Part shown: piece by piece, positions 57,916 through 64,000 of the stretch | Position numbering within the stretch: the first letter of the stretch is position 1 | How the letters are laid out: each line of letters opens with the position of its first letter | Origin: Octopus vulgaris | Lineage: Eukaryota | DNA length: 64,000 nucleotides | Reading direction: 5' to 3' | Assembly (NCBI GenBank): GCA_951406725.2 | Contig: OX597822.1 | Coordinates: forward strand, 30,504,001-30,568,000 | The notes under the pieces: generated by a model | Database searches by the model: none | Told to the model about the DNA's origin: nothing | Seen by the model: the letters and a program-made list of their open reading frames with translations, nothing else | Translations under genes and position numbers: made by a program

Positions 57916-59713
57916 TTACTGCAGCATCCTTTCTCTCACCTGCTATCACATACTAGGTTTTCTACCAGATGAACTTTACGGAGGGTAGCAATTACTCTGT
58001 GTTCCCTACAATAAAATAGGTACCTAATACAAGTTAGCAAAAGTATGATACATGATTGCAAGCCACATTCGCTAGCGACTGTTGGCCAGATTTTCTATTT
58101 TTTTTATTCCATCTATATGACCACCTGCATTTCTCAGTATCAATAGCGTATTATTCTTAATTGTGAAATTGAATTCTGAACGTCTCATTTATGAAACAAT
58201 GTTCCATTCTGTACATAAAATAGTCTATAGAGAAAGAGAGGTAACCTGTATCTACTTTTATGCTTATTATAGAAACGTTAAAAATTACTGCAGATCCTAT
58301 CGATTTACAAACATGCAACCACAAACCACTGATACTATGCCTTTTGTGCAAATAAAAGGAGAGATTGCAGATTGAATAATGTGACTGGAAAACAATCTGT
58401 GTAACAAAATAAGATAACATGATCAAGACGCCTGGAATGTAAGCTCAATCGAGGCTGACCTGGGATTAAATAACAAGGACACATAAAGGAAGTTTTATTT
58501 GAGGCACTATGAGGTGCAATGCATAGTTTTTCTAAGTGCATGTTTGACTGCAGCAGAAGTTATAAACGTTGATTTCTTAAAGGAAGAAACAATTAAGGAA
58601 AACAATGACGTTTTCAAACCAACTTCATTTAGAATATTTTAAGAGCCGTCTGCACCAATATTTATAGTTGACGGTATGCAAATACACGAAGTAATACTGC
58701 TTAATGTTTGATTGAATGTATCAGACGGGAAGTATAAATGAAATGGAAATAGGCGGTACATGGAAAGAGTGAGAAAGACGCCTTATGTGATTGCTTGCTT
58801 ATTATTCTTTTTCTATGCACGCATAATTCAAAATTGTTTCTCTTTCTCGGTTCAAGAGTGGATACGTGTAGCATTTTTGCGTTGCTGGGCGAAATTCACA
58901 GGGTAAAAGGTATTAGATCATTTGGGTAAATTGGCAGGTTACTTTTGATATCCAAGTGATTGTGAGATATATTAAAAGTGTAAAAGTCGCACTTCTACGT
59001 TTACGCTGTTTGACAATACTTTTTAGATATAGCGTTATGTTTAAATGAAAATTGCAGGCATTTAAAAAAAAAAAACTGTGTATGGCTGATTAGCACCTTT
59101 TCTATACAAAACTGTTTTATGGGCGCTTGTTTTACATATGTGCACGTCATAGCAAGGATGGGTGACTTTAGTCAAATACAAAAGTTGAACTCATGAATCA
59201 ACAATTTCTTTTAAATGTTTGAACTAGAATTTCCAACAGAAAAGAGTTGAAAGATTTATGGAATATTAGATAATAAATATTTTCCGAATGGACAGGCAAG
59301 CATAATCATAAAACTTTCTTTTATATATATATATAGTTGAAAGACGCCTGTTGTTATTTCTTGTTGTTAGTGTTCGTAATTCTGTACCATGTTCTCCGTT
59401 TTGTTTGTTTGTTATTTTTTTTTTGTCTTTGTTGCTGTACACATTTGCTAGCTTTCTTACAAAGAGGTCTACTGCTCTTAGCTTAACATTTTGGGGGACA
59501 CCCAGATCCAGCCAACTCAAGTGTAACACTCTGAAATGTTAGTGACTTCTGGTACTTGACTGAAGAAAGAAAGCCAAGAAAGACCCGTCTTTTTTGCCCG
59601 TCCTTCTAATTGTTGTTTCTCTTACCTGCCTTTGTGTCATCTATCTGCCCGAACGTTTTAATGGCCTCTATTGAAGAGATGCTGTCGTATATATATATAT
59701 ATATATATATATA

Positions 59714-59869
59714 CAGTGGCGGCCAAAATGTTCAGAACGGCATTATTTTCGTCAGAAAAGTAGATATAATTTTTTATCAAAGTTGTTTTATATTCTATAA
59801 TTTTCACAGACAATAAATACGATATGAATTGTTATTGGCTGAGATTTTGGTGTAATTTGAGAGGATAAT
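59714..59869 (+). mobile_element. Orphan Tc1-like end abutting the PLE 3' end
   Basis: (TA)n|CAGTGGCGGCCAAAA resembles a Tc1-type terminus; no partner TIR seen in the window. Confidence 0.4.
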
Positions 59870-60034
59870 ACAGAAAGATACACAGAGAGAAAAAAAACAC
59901 AGAAAGAAGGAGAGAAAAAAATGCGTGCAGTAACTAACGAATCAACATGGCGATCTGATTTCGGCCAGAGGTCAAAGATCAAACATGAGACGCGAGAGCG
60001 AAATAAGGGGAGATAATAGGGTTGAATGACCAGC

Positions 60035-60109
60035 TATTAGTGCGTAGGAGGGGTCTGGACGTGTGTATGTATAGGGTTGGTGTATGTATTAGTATGTATT
60101 AGTATGTAT

Positions 60110-60144
<35 letters not shown>

Positions 60145-60375
60145 AGAGAGTATTAGTGCGTAGGATTGGTCTGGACGTGCGTATGTATGGGGTTGGTGTA
60201 TGTATTAGTATGTATTAGTATGTATTAGTACGTATTAGTATGTATAAGTGTGTGTGTGTGTGTATGAGAGAGTATAAGTGCGTATGAGGGGTCTGGACGT
60301 GTGTATGTATAGGGTTGATGTATGTATTAGTATGTATTAGTTGGTGTATGTATTAGTTGGTGTATGTATTAGTAT
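60035..60375. repeat. Three units of about 120 bp in the PLE 3' region
   Basis: tagtgcgtagga..ggtctggacgtg recurs near 60035, 60151 and 60273. Confidence 0.8.
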
Positions 60376-60744
60376 GGCACATCATATATAATGTGATGTG
60401 TAAAGTCGTGTGGTGTAGTGAGGAGAAGAGGGGGAGGGGGAGAAGAGGGGGAGAATGGGAGGGGAAGAAGATGGGGAGGAGAGGGGGGAAGAAGGGAGGA
60501 GGGGGAGAGAGGGGATGGGGGAGAAGGAGGGAGGGAAGAGGGGGGAGGAAGGAGGAAAGAGGGAGAGGGGGAGAGAGAAGGGGAGTGAGGGAGCAGAGGG
60601 AAGGGGAAGAGGGAAGGAGGGAGGGAGAAAGAGGGAAGAAGGGAAGGGGAGTAGGGGTGAAAGGATGAAGGACTGAAGAAGTAGGGGTCGGGGGGAAGGA
60701 TAGGTGAGGAGGGGGAGAGGGGGTTAGATGAGGAGGGGGGAGAG

Positions 60745-62630
60745 TTGAGACCAAATGGCGTATAAGAGCGAAGAGAGAAGATTAATTCCTGTTCACGGCG
60801 CAAACGGGAATCCGGATGGCCTTTGTGTAAGGACAAACCGAACACAGATAGGTGTTGCAAGGAGTGACCGGTGGAGCGGAAATGGCGTGAGACCGGTGTG
60901 TCGTTCGCAAGGTGGATGTCACGAAGGTGTTCCGCGAACCGGTCAGCCAAGCGGCGTCCCGTTTGTCCGATGTACAAGGAATTGCAGAGAGAGCAAGAGA
61001 CGCAATAGATAATATTGCTGGAGGTGCAGGTGAAGGAGTGGATGATGGGATAGGGTCGATGGTGGGTGCTAGTGAGGCGGGTGGTGTTGGAGAGGTAAGG
61101 GCAAGTGCGGCAACGTGGCGGGAGCAGGGGAACGAGCCGGGTTGGGAGGTAGGGTCAGGGAAGGAGCTATGGACCAAAAGGTCTCGAAGGTTGTGGGCTC
61201 GTTTGAAAGAGGGGAGGGGTCGGTTAGGGAAGAGGTGTGAAGTGGACGGGTCGGACTGGAGATGACGGAAAGCTCGAAGAATGGTGCGTTGGAGACGTAG
61301 GGTCGTGGGGTGGTAAGTGAGGGGAAAAGGGAGGCGGGAGACTACAAGGGCGGGTTCGGGGAGAGAGAGCAGATACACGGTCCACGGACCGTGCTCTGGC
61401 AAGGGCGGTGTGGATAGTGGTGAGGGGGTATCCACGTAGGGTGAAGTGGTGAGCCATACGTTGAGACTGAGTCTCAAAGTCATGGTCGTCACTACAGAGC
61501 CTACGTAGACGGAGGAATTGGGAATAGGGGATGGAAAGCTTGGTGTGTTCTGGGTGGGAGGAAGAGAAGTTGAGGTATGAGTGTGAGTTTGTGTGTTTGT
61601 AGTGAATGGAGGTGGTAAGAGTGGAGTGAAGAATGCTAACCGAAATGTCGAGGAAGGAGACAGAGGTGTTGGAGATAGTGGAAGTGAAGTGGAGGGCTGG
61701 ATGGAAAGATTGGACGAAAGAGAGGAAGGAATCTAGATGTTCACGGGAGAGTGAGGTGGCACCGATAATGTCGTCAATGTAACGACCATATAGTTCAGGA
61801 GTGGGACCAGTGAAATTAGAGAATATTTGGGCCTCAACATAGCCAACGAACAGGTTCGCATAGTTGGGGCCCATTCGCGTTCCCATGGCCACTCCCGAGA
61901 CCTGATGGTAGAACTCGCCCGCGAACGAGAAGCAGTTCAGAGTAAGGACAAGTTCGGCCAGACGAATGAGTGTGGAGGTGTCAGGTACAGGGTTAGAGCG
62001 GAGGTCAAGAAAGTGGGGCAGTAGGGTTAGGTGTAGGTGGATGGAGCCTATCAGGAGGGGAGAAGGGGTTGTAGGGAGGGGCAGTGGGGTTAGGTGTGGG
62101 TGGATGGAGCCTATCGGGAGGGGAGAAGGGTGGTGGAGGAGTTGGGGTAGTGGCGTCGGGTAGGGTGGAATGGAAGAGTGATTGGAGTTTACGAAGTTTG
62201 GTATCAGAAAGAAATTGATGGAAGAGTTGATTCAAATGGATAATGAAGCGTAGCGTGTTTGGAGCATAGAGAGGCGGCAGAGAGGAGAAGAAGGTGGAGA
62301 AAGCAGGAGGAAGAAGGCGGTTGATGGCATGTAGTTTGGAGAGATTGGAGCGAATGGTGGCCCGCATAAGGCGGTAAGATGTGGTGCGGAGTATGGGTAA
62401 GATGGAAGAATCCGAGTGGAGAGCAGGGTGGAAGTGGAGGCGGAAACCTTTAGGGATGAGTCGGTGATGTAGGCAGCGGCTTAGGAAAGAGACATGGCTA
62501 GAGAAGCGGGTTTTTTTAAAAGAAGTAGAGAGAGATTAACGGACGGCTGAAGGCAATATACAGGAAGAGAACGGAGATGATCCTTCAAACGGTGATGGTG
62601 GGTGAGGAGGTAGGACCTAGGATCCGGCAT
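60745..62630 (-). pseudogene. PLE RT-GIY-YIG polyprotein pseudogene
   Basis: Pieces in ORFs 62005..62367, 61224..61892, 60782..61492 and 60369..60977; frameshifts near 61350 and 61120; N-terminal RT motifs missing at a junction near 62015. Confidence 0.88.
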
Positions 62631-63355
62631 GATGGGATAGCGGAAAAAAAACAAACGTTCGAAAAAACAAAAAAAACAAAAAACAAAAAATTATCGAATG
62701 AAAAAAATAGAAAAAAAAGGATAGCGAAAAAAGGGGAAAAACAAACGTTCAAAAAAACAAAAAAATAATAATCGTATGAAAAAACTAGATAAGTAAGCGA
62801 TAGGGGCAGAAAAGACGGGGCAAACGGAAAAGGGAAAGAAAGAAGGGAAGCAGAGAGAGGGGGAGGCAAAAAAGGGGGGTGCAGGCAGAGGAAACAGAGT
62901 ATGGACATCCAGAGAGGGAAGAAAGACGGAAAGGAGAACAAAAATGCAGGAAAATGTGGAAAGCATGAAATGAATGTAAAAAAAGTGGTAATATATGAGA
63001 AAATAAAAATACAACAAACGGGACAGTTTATGCGAACAAGTTCAAGGTTGAAAGTTCAAGGTGAGAAATGTGTAGACGTCGTGGTATATTTTTTAAGGAT
63101 TTCACATCAATGCAAAGTCACTTTGATCCGCGAAAGAGAGGTGCAGCCAATGGTAAGTATCCAAGAGGTAAAGAAAATCCAAGGTAGAGGTAAGTGTTGA
63201 TAGTGGTATTGGTAGAATATAGGATGAAAGTGAGACCACGTGAGCGCATAATATATAACGGGAAGCTTTATGAAAATAGACAAAAGACGAAGGCAGGTGG
63301 AAAACAAACAAACAATTGTATTAGTATGGCGCTCAGGAAATATAAATAAAACAAG

Positions 63356-63393
63356 TCTTTAACGTTTCGAGCTTACGCTCTTCAACAGAAAGA
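63356..63393 (-). ncRNA. Minimal hammerhead variant at the PLE 5' terminus (core CUGUUGA)
   Basis: Minus strand reads TCTTT-CTGTTGA-A-GAGC-GTAA-GCTC-GAAA-C-GTT-AAAGA. Confidence 0.7.
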
Positions 63394-63494
63394 TACACAG
63401 AGAGAAAAAAACACAGAAAGAAGGAGAGAAAAAACATGCGTGCAGTAACTAACGAATCAACATGGCGATCTGATTTCGGCCAGAGGTCAAAGAT

Positions 63495-63554
<60 letters not shown>

Positions 63555-63557
63555 TAT

Positions 63558-63605
<48 letters not shown>

Positions 63606-63664
63606 CTGTATTTAGGAATGGTCATTTTGCCAGTTTAGCCAATATAAATATATCTTTTACATTT

Positions 63665-64000
63665 TAACTCTCTTACTTGTTTCAGTCATTTGACTGTGGC
63701 CATGCTGGAGCAAATCGACCCCAGGACTTATTCTTTGTAAGCCTAGTACTTATGCTATCGGTCTCTTTTGTCGCACCGCTAAGTTACGGGGAGGTAAACA
63801 CACCAGCATTGGTTGTCAAGCGATGCTGGGTGGACAAACACAGACACACAAACATATACACACACATACACACACATATATATATACATATATACGACAG
63901 GCTTCTTTCAGTTTACGTCTACCAAATCCACTCACAAGGCTTTGGTCGGCCCGCGGCTATAGTAGAAGACACTTGCCCAAGGTGCCGGGCAATGGGACTG
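63665..64000 (-). mobile_element. SINE family B running off the window end
   Basis: Same motifs as 46178-46513. Confidence 0.8.

Larger units (their letters stand above)
59870..63498 (-). mobile_element. Penelope-like retroelement (Neptune-like), decayed, with direct terminal repeats 59870-59983 and 63385-63498
   Basis: RT motifs AMGTRMGPNYANLF and YGRYIDD; thumb HPEHTKLSIPYSQFLRLRRLC; Cys-rich linker; GIY-YIG domain IIYCVSCSLCNSLYIGQTGRRLADRFAEH; near-identical 114-bp terminal repeats. Confidence 0.93.

Noticed and set aside
59455-59545. CTTACAA-AGAG...CTCT-GAAATGTT possible HHR fossil
   Set aside because: Two core mismatches and no stem I; too weak to call.
60960-61135. Selenocysteine-type (Naiad-like) PLE
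   Set aside because: The Cys positions in the linker and GIY-YIG region use TGC codons; the breaks are frameshifts, not in-frame TGA.

Overview
AT-rich, microsatellite-dense eukaryotic (animal) DNA. The SINE families and (TA)n/(CA)n load resemble an Octopus/coleoid cephalopod genome; this is inference from recalled repeat motifs, not a database hit. Nearly all ORF-track ORFs are microsatellite artefacts. Supported content: (1) the 3' part of a spliced + strand gene for a single-pass membrane protein (exons near 39974, 40886, 43036, 50027 and 52115-52345); (2) a decayed Penelope-like retroelement (PLE; RT plus GIY-YIG, Neptune-like) at about 59870-63498 (-) with 114-bp direct terminal repeats; (3) two Tc1 remnants, a mariner remnant, a pogo-like PHD-finger deletion derivative and several MITEs; (4) many tRNA-derived SINEs. 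The most notable signal is a dispersed set of minimal hammerhead-ribozyme (HHR) motifs: one with an intact core at 13164-13198, related copies at 4476, 51882 and 63356 (the last at the PLE terminus), and short fold-back elements with outward-facing HHR-like motifs (3486-3892; weaker at 10103-10868 and 37919-38085). All alignments were done by eye.
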